A stretch of DNA of 46,857 bases, taken from assembly GCF_006345805.1 (NCBI RefSeq), contig NW_021834652.1, positions 1-46,857 of the forward strand. The letters run 5' to 3'. The DNA comes from Octopus sinensis. Its lineage: Eukaryota. A program made the position numbers and the translations under genes. Under the pieces are notes generated by a model. That model did no database searches and was not told the origin of the DNA. It saw only the letters and a list, made by a program, of their open reading frames with translations. Shown piece by piece: positions 33,674 to 45,655 of this stretch (position 1 is the first letter of the stretch; each line of letters starts with the position of its first letter).

Positions 33674-34206
33674 TTTGTTTCTACGGCCATTAAATGTCAA
33701 CAAACGATCGTTATTGTTTTTTTTTTGCTCTTTTTTTTTGGACAAGCACTATGTACAAAAATAAAGAATTTTATTGGAAGGTGACAATATGGTTTCCTGA
33801 TATATCCCTTCTTGATATTTTCTATTTTATGACGCCCCTCCTTGTTCCGTAGATATAGATAAGTTCACCACGTGTCTGGGGCTACAAAATGTAATGTAGC
33901 TGAATAAATACCGCAAGACATTTTGTTAATTGTAATCACTGGTAAAGGTTCGATGGTACATTTTTTTTTATCAACACCAAAAGAAGTTGACTTCAACGTA
34001 TTTTGAAATAGTTATTTCTAATCTCGGAACAAGTCCAATAATTCTGAGAGGAGAGGTAAGTCAATTACATCGTCACCTTTATTTCATTGCTACATTATAT
34101 TGCTTACTTTATCGAAACCTGAAAAATGAACGGTAAAAACTTGACAAACTTGTTGATCTTGTGCCAAAATTTAAATCATTATTACTATTATTATTATTAT
34201 TATTAA

Positions 34207-34256
<50 letters not shown>

Positions 34257-34259
<3 letters not shown>

Positions 34260-34672
34260 GTTTGACTTTTGCTTTACATTTGTACAAGTTGGCTCCAAGT
34301 CTCACCCAGAGACCTCAACAGACAACAGGTTGGAAGTTCGTGATGTTGTTATGTTTAGGATGCCATATATTTGGTTTTGAACATAGTGTTGTACAAGTGA
34401 ATGTCTAAAAAAACAATACGAAAATTATGTTTGTTTTAAAACTTGAGATTACATAGAAAGTATTTTGCGTAGGATATGAGCAGTTCCCATGAGCACTATC
34501 TTTTGAATTTCTGCCATTTTTGGGTTTCCTAGTATCTGAGTTAGGTAGCAATCAGCCCCTTTTGCTACCATTCCCAGGGCACCTATGACAACAGGTATTG
34601 TTTTTGTCTTCAGGTTCCATATTTTGCTGATTTCTATTTCAAGATCTTTATATTTGCTCAGTTTTTGGTAGG
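34257..34672 (-). mobile_element. R4/Dong-type (restriction-like endonuclease) LINE 3' fragment, copy 1, flanked by (TAA)n
   Basis: Open 72-codon frame 34667-34449: QKLSKYKDLEIEISKIWNLKTKTIPVVIGALGM...IQKIVLMGTAHILRKILSM*; (TAA)n at 34178-34256 and 34673-34820. Confidence 0.88.
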
Positions 34673-34711
34673 GTTATTATTATTATTATTATAATAATTA
34701 TTATTATTATA

Positions 34712-34743
<32 letters not shown>

Positions 34744-34754
34744 CATCATCATCA

Positions 34755-34812
<58 letters not shown>

Positions 34813-34821
34813 TATCATCAT

Positions 34822-35444
34822 CATTTTTTGGATTTTGTACAAGTTGACTCCAAATCTCACCCAAAGACCTCGAGAGGCAACAAATTAAGAGTTCAGGTTG
34901 ATGTTATGACTAAGCTGCCATAGTTTTGGTTTTGCAAACAGTATCGTAGTAGAGAATCTCTGTCAAGACATAACAAAATTAGAAGCTTGTTTTAAAAGTA
35001 ATTTGATGATAAGATGATAGTGTGATGTTATGATGACAGTAAAATGTATTTACTAAATGCATTTTGTTACTGTTTACAGATTAAAATGTTTTTAGGATTA
35101 CATAGACAATATTTTTTCTTAGGATATGAGCAGTTACCATGGGCACTATCTTTTGAATTTCTTCCATTTCTGAATTTCCTGATATCAGACATAGAGGACA
35201 ATCAGCTCCTTTTGCTATCATTCCTAGAGCACCTATGACAACAGGTATTGTTTTAGTCTTGAGGTTACACATTTTTCCAATTTCTATTTCAAGACCTTTA
35301 TAATTGCTCAGTTTTTGGTTGGGCCTTGACAAATCCATTTATGTCAATTGGGACAGTCATATCGACGAGGAGGCATGATTTTTGTCTGAAATCCTTCACT
35401 ATGTCGATTGGCTTATTTGCATCTATCCTTCAGTGAGTTTGAAC
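34822..35444 (-). mobile_element. R4/Dong-type LINE 3' fragment, copy 2, flanked by (TAA)n
   Basis: RIDANKP(I)DIVKDFRQKSCLLVDMTVP (PD...D motif region) then, after a frameshift, KLSNYKGLEIEIGKMCNLKTKTIPVVIGALG; (TAA)n at 35445-35469. Confidence 0.88.
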
Positions 35445-35619
35445 ATTATTATTATTATTATTATTATTAGCATCTTCTTTCAGTTCTGTTTCCATTTCCT
35501 ACCGAATGTATTCCTGACACCTAGGGCAGAGAAATGTACTGTATACATTGGTCGGCCATTTAAACAAGCACACTATGTTGTTCATTTACAGAGTCATGTG
35601 ATAGAGAAAAAGGGGAAGA

Positions 35620-35782
35620 CTATGTATTTCGTCCGTCGCTATGACCTGCCGAGGTCGACTTTACCTTTCATTCTTTCAGGGTCGGTTAATTAAGTACCAG
35701 TTACATACTGGAGTCGATGTAATCGACTATTCCCCTCCCCAAAATTTCAGGCCTTGTGCCTATAGTAGAAGGGATTATTAAA
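35620..35782 (+). mobile_element. SINE family A, alternative tail
   Basis: gccgaggtcgactttacctttcat...ccccaaaatttcaggccttgtgcctatagtagaa. Confidence 0.8.
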
Positions 35783-35819
35783 TGTTATATAGTCAACAGT
35801 TTTCGATTCGTTCTTGTTA

Positions 35820-36525
35820 CGAACGAGAGTCATAAATTATATACATTCTTTTTTTTTTAATGTATTTACACAAAAGCAGGGGATAAACAAGTCTGTCATT
35901 TTTCTACATAGCCTCCTTCCTTTTCGATGCATTGGTCCAACGGTCGACAAGCTTGCGTATTCCCTCCAAGGAGAAGGTTTGCAGTTGGCCATGCTGCCAT
36001 TTATGCACCGCTTCCTTCACACCTTTATCCGTAGGATGTGGACGACCTCGTAAACGATCTTTGAGTGGTCCAAAGATATGATAGTCGGAAAGGGCGAGAT
36101 CTGAGCTGTAGGTAGGGTGTTCCAGCACCTCAAAAGCCAATTGGTTAATGATTTCGACGGTCTGGGTGGTCGTGTGTGGGCTTGCATTGTCATAAAACTT
36201 TCTTCGACAATAGGGTTCGGGGTTTGGTGCGAATTACGGCCTTCAGTCTGTTGGCCAGCAAAGCACAGTATCTTGCACTGTTGATCGTACACAACTTTTC
36301 GAGAGGAATCAGATCACTGCTCTCTGTTTTTCTCTGGTGCACAATGCTAGTGGAGCGGCCATGCTTACACTGTAAAGCCAGAAAGAAAAATGGCGCGATC
36401 AGGCCCGAACTTCCATCACGTGACCACAATAGTACCAACTATAAGCACACATGCCCAGAAAACAGTATGACAATAATAAAAGATATGTTATGGCGAAAAT
36501 GCGGATAATTTTTGACTTCCCCTCC
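35820..36525 (-). mobile_element. Internally deleted mariner transposon with both TIRs
   Basis: TA-flanked TIRs (cgaacgagagtcataaatt / aatttttgacttcccctcc); N-terminus MAAPLALCTREKQRAVI*FL from 36362 fused to TINSARYCALL...HDNARPH...LEHPTYSSDLALSDYHIFGPLK (mariner C-terminal catalytic region). Confidence 0.92.
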
Positions 36526-36744
36526 TACACTCCTGTTAATTAGGATACAGGTATTTATCCGCAGGCATTGTTTAACGAGAGTCAGACCATTCTGCCGAAA
36601 CAATGGAAACGGGGTTCTAATTTAATTGACCCTTTCCTTCAAATTAGGGAACAATTAGCTCTTAGGAATACAAAAAATAACAGAAACCCTAAGGCCGATA
36701 AATCTGCAAACTAATGAGGAGTTTGGATATTTCTTTATATATAC

Positions 36745-36869
36745 ATATGAGCATCTGTGTGTGTGTGTGTGTGTGTGTATGTGGATATATATGTATATGT
36801 ATATATCCATATATCTATCTATCAATCTATCTCTCTCTATACATATATATGTATATATACATATATGTA

Positions 36870-36939
<70 letters not shown>

Positions 36940-37104
36940 TTATATATGTATATATATACACATACATATATAGGTAATTACATACATAATATATATTTGT
37001 GTGTGTGTGTGTAAATATGTACGTAGGTAGATGTTATATTTTAATACGTGCATGTTAATGTAGGCATAAATATATAGCGAATTTGGGAGTATGTGTATGT
37101 GTGA

Positions 37105-37145
<41 letters not shown>

Positions 37146-37259
37146 ATATATATATATAAACACATATATGCATTTATATGCATATATATATATGTATATA
37201 TATACATACATATATATTTACATATATATATACATGCATATGTATACATATATACACAT

Positions 37260-37298
<39 letters not shown>

Positions 37299-37310
37299 TA
37301 CATATGTATG
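36745..37310. repeat. Compound TA/TG/CA microsatellite field
   Basis: Direct. Confidence 0.9.
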
Positions 37311-37529
37311 TTGTTACATTGAGCGGGGCATTGTCGGCGTGGTAATCTGTTAGGATTCGTTGGACGAACTAAACATCTGAGTGGAAGCCAAAGCCTATTG
37401 ACGTAAGCCAAATGTATTCAAAGACAAAACAAGCAAAAAAATTACACAACTACAGAATGTGACTATATATAATCACACAAGTATACTTACATACAGACGT
37501 GTACAAAACTCACATTTTCGCACACGCCC

Positions 37530-37567
37530 ACATGTGTGCACATATGTATGTACACACATACACACAC

Positions 37568-37598
<31 letters not shown>

Positions 37599-37600
37599 CA

Positions 37601-37648
<48 letters not shown>

Positions 37649-37740
37649 CACACATATATACATGCGTATCTACATATATTATTTATAAATGCATATATAC
37701 AGACATACAAATGATTTTTATGCATATATATACACACGCA

Positions 37741-37815
<75 letters not shown>

Positions 37816-37826
37816 TATATATAATA

Positions 37827-37859
<33 letters not shown>

Positions 37860-38135
37860 ATATATATATATAAATGTATACAAATATGTATGTGTATGTG
37901 TGAGTATATATATATATATATATACATATATACACATACACACACACATGCACACACATACACAAACACACATATATATGTAGACATACATACAAACACA
38001 CACATATTTATATACATACATACATACTTACACACACATACACATATATATATATATACATATATACACATACACACACATATATATATATATGTATGTA
38101 TGTATGTATATATATATACATATATACACACACAT
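37530..38135. repeat. Compound TA/CA/TATG microsatellite field
   Basis: Direct. Confidence 0.9.
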
Positions 38136-38554
38136 TCCTCACCACCCTCACATACGAGACTGCGACTACAAGCAGATAAAATGCATATTCTTTGGATGTA
38201 TGTCTAAATGTACTACATCTTGCTGCTCTACATCGAAAGCGTTCCGGTAATATTTTTTGTATCCCACATGAAGATTGCTTGAAGCTAGTCATTAAACAGC
38301 TGCAACAGATTAAAATCCTATGTGTTTTATGCTTTCCCTTAGATTTCAGTTTCCGAAAGGTTCACAAAAACTTAAGCTTATATCAAAATATGACCCCTCT
38401 GTTCCCCCTGTCATCAATTTTACTTCTCTGCCATGTACATATATCATTCCTATTTGAAAAACTTCTCTGCATATTTTAATTCTTTTATCCTCTTTTATTT
38501 ATTTATCTATATCCTTATGCTTACTTCTGCACACTGCCTGTTTGTCTCTCTCTC

Positions 38555-38597
<43 letters not shown>

Positions 38598-38639
38598 TAC
38601 ACACACACACCTTTTCTTGTTGATTCGCTAGATTCTGCA

Positions 38640-38812
38640 CGCATTTTTTTTCTCTCCTTGTTTCTTTTCTGTGTATCTTTCTGTTGAAGAGCGTAGGCTC
38701 GAAACGTAAAAGACCTGTTTTATTTATATTCTTGAGCGCCATACTAATACAATTGTTTGTTTGTATTCCACCTGCCTTCGTCTTTTGTTTATTTTCATAA
38801 AGCTTCCTGTTA
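38640..38812 (+). mobile_element. Dispersed repeat with hammerhead-like motif (Penelope pLTR-like), copy 3
   Basis: tcttt-CTGTTGA-A-gagc-gtag-gctc-GAAAC-GTA-aaaga (38676-38713), then gagcgccatactaataca..cttcgtcttttgttt, then a TA tract. Confidence 0.75.
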
Positions 38813-39103
38813 TATATATATATATATATATGTTGTGAATTGTTCGAAGTACGGATTAGTTAACAGCCGACAACTGATGAAGGGTCGTTCTTTGTGCCGT
38901 TTTGTCTTTTCCATTTGTTTCTTTCGTTGTTCGCAAAAAATGTTCGCATTCCATGTCCTCGTACTTCGTATTTTTTGTTGTTTACATTTTGTGATGTCCC
39001 GTGCCCACATATATATGTGTATATACGTATACATGTATGTACGTATACTTATGTATACGTACATATGTACATAGTATGTACGTATACATATATACATACA
39101 TAC

Positions 39104-39154
<51 letters not shown>

Positions 39155-39914
39155 TATATACATGTCTGTGTATGTGTGTGTGTGCGTGGAGGAGATTAAA
39201 TGTTAATGTGGATTAAAATTACTTTTATTCATGTAGCTATACGATCGTTTCATACAGAAAGACAATAAATTCATTTTAGAATCCGGGTTGTCAAAAAGTA
39301 TTTGTCAGTAGCAAACATTAAGGAAAGGAAAAAAAAGAAGAAATGCTATCAGGACGTTAGAATTACATAGGTATGGTGTGTGTAATGTGTAATTCCTATT
39401 AGAGTCATGACTATTTGAAACAAGACTTAAGGGTCTCAGTTGGGTGTTGATATATATAAAAAATTAATAAAGGCTACATTCTCTCAATAGATTAGTATGA
39501 AGGAGCTAATTTTAAACTCCCATATACGCAAATTAAAAAAAACCCGGTGGGATTGTATTTCACGGGGAAAAAAACTAACCAAATAAGGGAGTATAGAATT
39601 TTAAATACTGGGGAATAAAATTTATATTTAACCGTCAATAATCAACAAGGTTTAGATATTAGCTTGAATAAAAAATGTTTAATAGCAATTATAAATAATT
39701 GGTGTTATATAAACTATAAACTTTATAATAAAAAAGTTTTATGTAAATGATAAGTCTAATTTTTATAGCAGAAGATAAATGCAGTTAAACTTGTAGAAGG
39801 ATATTTTATAGGGGATAAAATATATATATATAAATATATATATCGGTAGGCTGGAGTACAGCCTTAAAGAACATTTAATCGCATGAATCGCTCCCTATAT
39901 TTATTTTTCATGCT

Positions 39915-40260
39915 TGATATTTATTCTATCGACCTCGAAAGGATGAAAGGCAAAGTCGACCTCAGCGGAATTTGAACTCAGAACGTAGCGGCAGACGAAA
40001 TACCGCCAAGCATTTCACCCGGCGTGCTAACGTTTCTACCAGCTCGCCGCCTTGTAATATATTACATTAATAATGGTTTCAAATTTTGGCATAAGACCAG
40101 AGTTGAGGGCGAATTCAATTACATCGATCCCCAGTACATGACTGGCATTTATTTAATCGACCACGGAACGATGGATCGTAAGTCAGTCACAGCGGAATTT
40201 GAACTTAACACATAGCCGCTAAGTAGTTCGTTGGGCGTGCTTACGATTCTGTAGTTCCCC
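39915..40260 (-). mobile_element. SINE family A 5' part plus an older copy
   Basis: gaaaggatgaaaggcaaagtcgacctc...ccagctcgccgcctt; second degenerate unit 40080-40260. Confidence 0.8.
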
Positions 40261-40739
40261 GCCTTAATGATAATATAATAAACATAATATATTCATAATA
40301 GTTATATACATGTAGAGAACATGTTCAGGAACTCCTAAGAGGAACTTCTCAGGAAAAAATTCAAAAATAATATTAATATTTATATTTATAATGCATTTCA
40401 TATATTCTGTAATGAAACACGAATGACTTGGAATTTAAAATGTACTAAAATATTTAGTCCGTGCCTCCATATATACTTTACTCTGAAAATATTATGATTC
40501 ACCAGGACTTTCAAAGAGTACGTATCGTTTTCTCATTTAAAATAAAACATCTGCATACATACATTTATACATATATTACTGGAATGCACAGATGTACTTC
40601 ACGGGGACACGTCTACGATTATATCCCTTTCTATGCTTCCACTCTCTACTTCCCTCTGCATGTGTACACACACACACACACACACACATAGATATGATAT
40701 TATTATAATAAAAACCACAAGTCTTGTTAAATACTGCTA

Positions 40740-40910
40740 CCCAGGGTTTCCTGGTCGAAATACTAATTTACCTCACCGTTTCTCAAACGGATGAAGTACA
40801 AGGCTTCAAAAAAAGCCTGGGGTAGATCTGTTCGAGTAAAACTCCGTAAAGGTGGTGCTCCAGCATGGCCGCGGTCAAATGACTGAAACAAGCAAAGGAT
40901 GAAAGATATA
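40740..40910 (+). mobile_element. SINE family D-type 3' fragment
   Basis: ggtggtgctccagcatggccgcggtcaaatgactgaaacaag. Confidence 0.72.
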
Positions 40911-40934
40911 CATATACCCACACAGACATATGGG

Positions 40935-41259
40935 AGACCCCCTTCAGTCACGACACAGATCATGGGATTGCACCTAGAAAGTTACCCTCCCAGGCACAAG
41001 TCCGGGCAAGGTTGTTTATGGAAGACCAGCAGTCGCCCATGCATACCGGCCTCACCTTTCCACGCTACCAGTATTATCCAAGGGAACGGCAAAGGCTGAT
41101 ACAGCTTGGCACCTGTGACGTCGAAACTCATTTCTACAGCTGAGTGAACTGGAGCAAAGTGAAATAAAGTGTCTTGCTCAACAACACAACATGCAGCCCG
41201 GTCCGAGATTCGGACTCACAACCTCACGATCGTAAGCTCGACGCTCTTCCACTAAGCCA
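40935..41259 (-). mobile_element. SINE family C
   Basis: Reverse complement of 26177-26522. Confidence 0.9.
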
Positions 41260-41854
41260 ACAATATAACAACTAGCATGAGTCGTGAATATTTCACGCAA
41301 TTGGAGTAAACAATCTTTACTACAAAGTACTGTTGCTGAATATCTCACGTTGTGAGATTTAAAAATAGTAAATTTTCTAATTTATTGGGTTTTTTTTCTG
41401 AAATTTTCATGCAAAAGATCTGAACGCGTGATCTGTGTTGTGTCTGTAATTAAAAGAGGTCACTTACCTGCTAATAATTGAAAAGTGATAGAGAACGGAA
41501 TACGATGATTACCTAATGAACTTAATATAGATAAACTTGGTAAACTTTATTCACAATTCTATAGACTTAATTCTCAGCACTCTCCCTCTTTTTCTCTCGC
41601 TCTTCGCCTTAATCTCTTTTTCTCTCAGCTTTTTTCTTCGCCCTTCGCCTTTACCTTCAGCTAATCGCATGAAAGCATTACAGATGGGCAAAGTAACGAA
41701 GTAAAAAAAACTTAATTTTTAAAAAATTACACATTTCACACGCCACCACTTCTCCATTCCCCTATATCCCCTCCTCCTTCCCGTCTCTCCCATTCCCACT
41801 CACCCCTGTTACCCTTTCAACTAATCTCGTGGAAGCGATACGGACAGGCTAAAT

Positions 41855-42245
41855 TGGATTGGAAGCACTCCGTCGGTTACGACGATGAGGGTTCCGGTTG
41901 ATCCGAATCAACGGAACAGCTTGCTCGTGAAATTAACGTGTAAGTGGCTGAGCACTCCACAGACACGTGTACCCTTAACGTAGTTCTCGGGGATATTCAT
42001 CGTGACACAGAGAGTGATAAGGCCGGCCCTTTGAAATACGTACAACAACAGAAACAGGAAGTAAGAGTGAGAGAAAGTTGTGGTGAAAGAGTACAGCAGG
42101 GATCACCACCACCCCCTGCCGGAGCCTCGTGGAGCTTTAGGTGTTTTCGCTAAATAAACACTCACAACGCCCGGTCTGGGAATCGAAACCGCGATCCTAT
42201 GACCGCGAGTCCGCTGCCCTAACCACTGGGCCATTGCGCCTCCAC
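41855..42245 (-). mobile_element. SINE family B, full length, 13-bp TSD
   Basis: ggacaggctaaat at 41842-41854 and 42247-42259. Confidence 0.93.
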
Positions 42246-42559
42246 TGGACAGGCTAAATATCGGAGGGAGAAGCAGAATTATTATAAGATTGCCTACAAC
42301 CTCGATATTGTCGATCTGTCATTTAATTACAAAATAGGTTTTGGTATAAACTGGCGGCACATTCCAGCGTTCCTCTTCCACATGTGACTGACCGTTGTTA
42401 TTCGACCGATTTCTAGGGTTCTACAATAAGATCATTTCAGTTCCAACACATGATCTCAGATGAAAACATTTTACCAAAGAATATTCCAAAATGTGTATTT
42501 ATAGTCTTCAAAATATTTATTTATAATCTTCAACTATAACAAACGCAATGGTGTGACTA

Positions 42560-42580
42560 ATACATACATACATACATACA

Positions 42581-42616
<36 letters not shown>

Positions 42617-42635
42617 CATATATATATATATAAAC

Positions 42636-42698
<63 letters not shown>

Positions 42699-42757
42699 GA
42701 AATATATATAATGTATATATATATAATAGATATATATTATATATATATATATATATA

Positions 42758-42805
<48 letters not shown>

Positions 42806-42836
42806 ATGTGTATACACACATATATATATATATATG
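42560..42836. repeat. (TACA)n/(TA)n tract
   Basis: Direct. Confidence 0.92.
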
Positions 42837-43023
42837 GAATTTAAAGCACGAGGATATTACTTTTAAAAAGCTTATGTATATAATGAGAAGAATGGTGTAG
42901 AAAGAAAGAAAGAAAGAGAGAAATAAAGAAAGATAGAGACTGCATAGTTGCTCGCTTTCATCTATATATATATGTATGCATAATATAATGTAATATGATA
43001 CATATGTGTGTGTATATAACTAT

Positions 43024-43096
<73 letters not shown>

Positions 43097-43286
43097 CATA
43101 TATACATATATATGTATGTATATATGTGTGCTTATACACCCACGCAAGATATAAGTGTATAATTTTTGTACGCATTTATGCCTCTATATACAAGTCAAAT
43201 ATGTATATTGTATATTATTCAAATGCCCACCTTCAGAGATGCAAAAATATAGACGTTCGTATAACGTGTGTACGTGCGTCTGTGCG

Positions 43287-43336
43287 TGTATGTATGTATG
43301 TATGTATGTATGTATGTATGTATGTATGTATGTATG

Positions 43337-43401
<65 letters not shown>

Positions 43402-43530
43402 GTCTGTCTGTCTGTCTTTCTGTCTTTCTGTCTGTCTGTCAGTCAGTCTGTCTGTCAGTCTGTCTGTCTGTAAGTCTGTCCGTCTGTCTGTCTCTGTCTC
43501 TGTCTCTCTATCTCTCTATCTATCTATCTG
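43287..43530. repeat. Graded tetranucleotide array (TATG)n-(TATC)n-(TGTC)n
   Basis: Direct. Confidence 0.92.
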
Positions 43531-43661
43531 TGTGTATATATTTATAATTAATAATATCAAAAGGTAATCAGAAATATTTGAAATTTCCATTACCAGTAGC
43601 CCAGCGTGTAAAATTTTAGTCAATAGACTATATATTATTCATATATATATATATATATATA

Positions 43662-43878
43662 CAGTGTACATTTAAACACATAAGAGGTATCCATCATAGG
43701 ACGCCTTGCACGCTAGAGAGGACAGTCAAATTCCAAACCACTATTAGGGATAAAATTTCGACGTTATTTTTCATTGCCTTCGAAATTTTATCCCTAATTG
43801 TAGTTTGGAATTTAACTGCCCTCTCTAGCGTACAGGAATCTTATGATGGATACCTCTTATGTGTTTAAATGTACACTG
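43662..43878. mobile_element. Fold-back MITE (Tc1-like CAGTG termini)
   Basis: ~100-bp inverted arms, first ~38 bp perfect (cagtgtacatttaaacacataagaggtatccatcata); ~18-nt spacer; inserted in a TA run. Confidence 0.9.
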
Positions 43879-44015
43879 TATATATATACCTGACATGCCT
43901 CGCTCAGAGATTTATTATTGCTTGTTTACACTCTTTCGAGATCGGTGACTTTTCGTCACTGGAAAAAGGATTTATATATATATATATATTGGGAACCACT
44001 TCACATCGACAACCG

Positions 44016-44073
44016 GTGATTGTCACACGCTGATGACGGGTCAATAGCCAGAAACTCGAGTCCGTGTGTATCA
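44016..44073 (+). ncRNA. Type I hammerhead ribozyme motif
   Basis: Stem I cacacg(44024-29)/cgtgtg(44063-68) plus tgat/atca beyond an internal loop; CUGAUGA 44030-36; imperfect stem II; GAAAC-UCGA-GUC 44051-62. Confidence 0.68.
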
Positions 44074-45013
44074 AGTCAGTTTGGAGATGGGAAGGATGGC
44101 TTCCCTTTGCAAATACTGAAACGGCACAAAAGTGTGTCAATAGGCAGCTGGAGGAGGTGTCCTCCTGGGGCTACAATCTATAGTAGCATCCTACCTTAAG
44201 GGTTAGCCACATTTAAGTCGCAAATATACTTCACGATGTCGTGCTGCTGGCGTCAAGTCAATCACTAAAAGAACTGGGTTTCGGTAACTTGGCACAGTTC
44301 CTTTATTGTTTCAGGGCCGCCTGTCTCAACCACTTTATGAGCTGCGGAGGCGGCCCCGGTGCGAAGTACGTGGGTATCGGTTTCGCGAACCGTCATCCAC
44401 CTTAATAAAAACCACGCAAACGTCAATCTGGACCCTGCATGATGCAGACGACAAGACTGAGAAAAGAAAATTATTTTGAGCTGTGACATGATTGTTAAAA
44501 CCGCAATTATTTTTGCACCAACCTAATAAAAATAAATCGAAACCTTTGTCTGGAGATGTCGAGAAAACAAACGTCGGTTGAGCTGTGAGACATAGTTAAA
44601 ACCCCACTGATATAAGGATCTCGAAATATTTATGTACGTAGAGATGTCGATGGCGAGAAAAATTGAAACGATGAAGAACAATTAACTTTAAGAAGAATTG
44701 AACCATTCCATGCGGGGGTTCGTATTGAAGATTTTATGCATACAACATGGAGTGAGGATTCCTTTTCGTGAATACAATAGAGATTGCCCTATTTGCCCTA
44801 TTTTCACTGCATTTGGGGCTGTTGCACTATACTTTACAATAAGCAGTGAGTAATTACTTCTGCCCCCAAAAGGGAAACAAGCAAATTATTCTAGCAGAGA
44901 GAAAATAATAGGAGAGGAGAAAGAGAAGGACGTATGACATGTACACACACACACAAACGCACACATACAGACAGGCGCGAACACACATACGCGCGCGAAC
45001 ACACGCACGCGCG

Positions 45014-45046
<33 letters not shown>

Positions 45047-45504
45047 GCGCAAAGAAAGAAAGAAAGAAAGAGAGAGAGAAAGAGATAGAGAGCGTGCTAC
45101 AACAGTTAAAAACACATATTATTTTAGTTTTTCCCTCTGCATTTTACAAATTTCGGTGTTTATCTTGTATCAGAATCGTATTCCCCCAAACACCGACAGC
45201 AACGAACGAATATGCCACACCAGCCCTAATGAAACGAAAACCAATTCCTTTAAACAACCCCAAAGCACACACATTCTTAGATGAAGTGTAGAGTTCGTTT
45301 TTAAATAAAGTTAGTTGAAGATTGAGCATATTTGTGGGACCCATGGTATTTTGTTAAGGAAAGCTTTTTAAGGGATCACAAGTGAGAAAACAAGTCGTTT
45401 GATCTTGTTTTCTGCTTCTCCACAATCATTAACAGACCAGATATTAGACATGAAGAAAGTAGAGAATACATATTGAATAACAGAAATCTGGAGAAACATA
45501 CGCT

Positions 45505-45507
45505 TTA

Positions 45508-45567
<60 letters not shown>

Positions 45568-45645
45568 CCTATCTATCTACTATCTATCTACTATCTATCT
45601 ATCTATCATTCTATCTATCTATATATCTATCTATATATCTATATC
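45505..45645. repeat. (TCTA)n microsatellite
   Basis: Direct. Confidence 0.93.
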
Positions 45646-45655
45646 TCAGTACATA

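Noticed and set aside
38192-38479. ORF with LHLAALH...HEDCLKLVIK, ankyrin-like
   Set aside because: Spacing is about ten residues too long for an ankyrin repeat and there is no second repeat or usable splice pattern.
38873-38960. CTGATGAAGGG as a hammerhead core
   Set aside because: No downstream GAAA with a closing stem II or stem I within reach.
39340-39830. Very AT-rich stretch resembling a mitochondrial insertion
   Set aside because: No recognisable 12S/16S signature or mitochondrial protein motif on either strand.
44314-44400. Possible HDV-like ribozyme (GC stem plus GCGAA)
   Set aside because: P2, P3 and L3 elements could not be placed in the required order.
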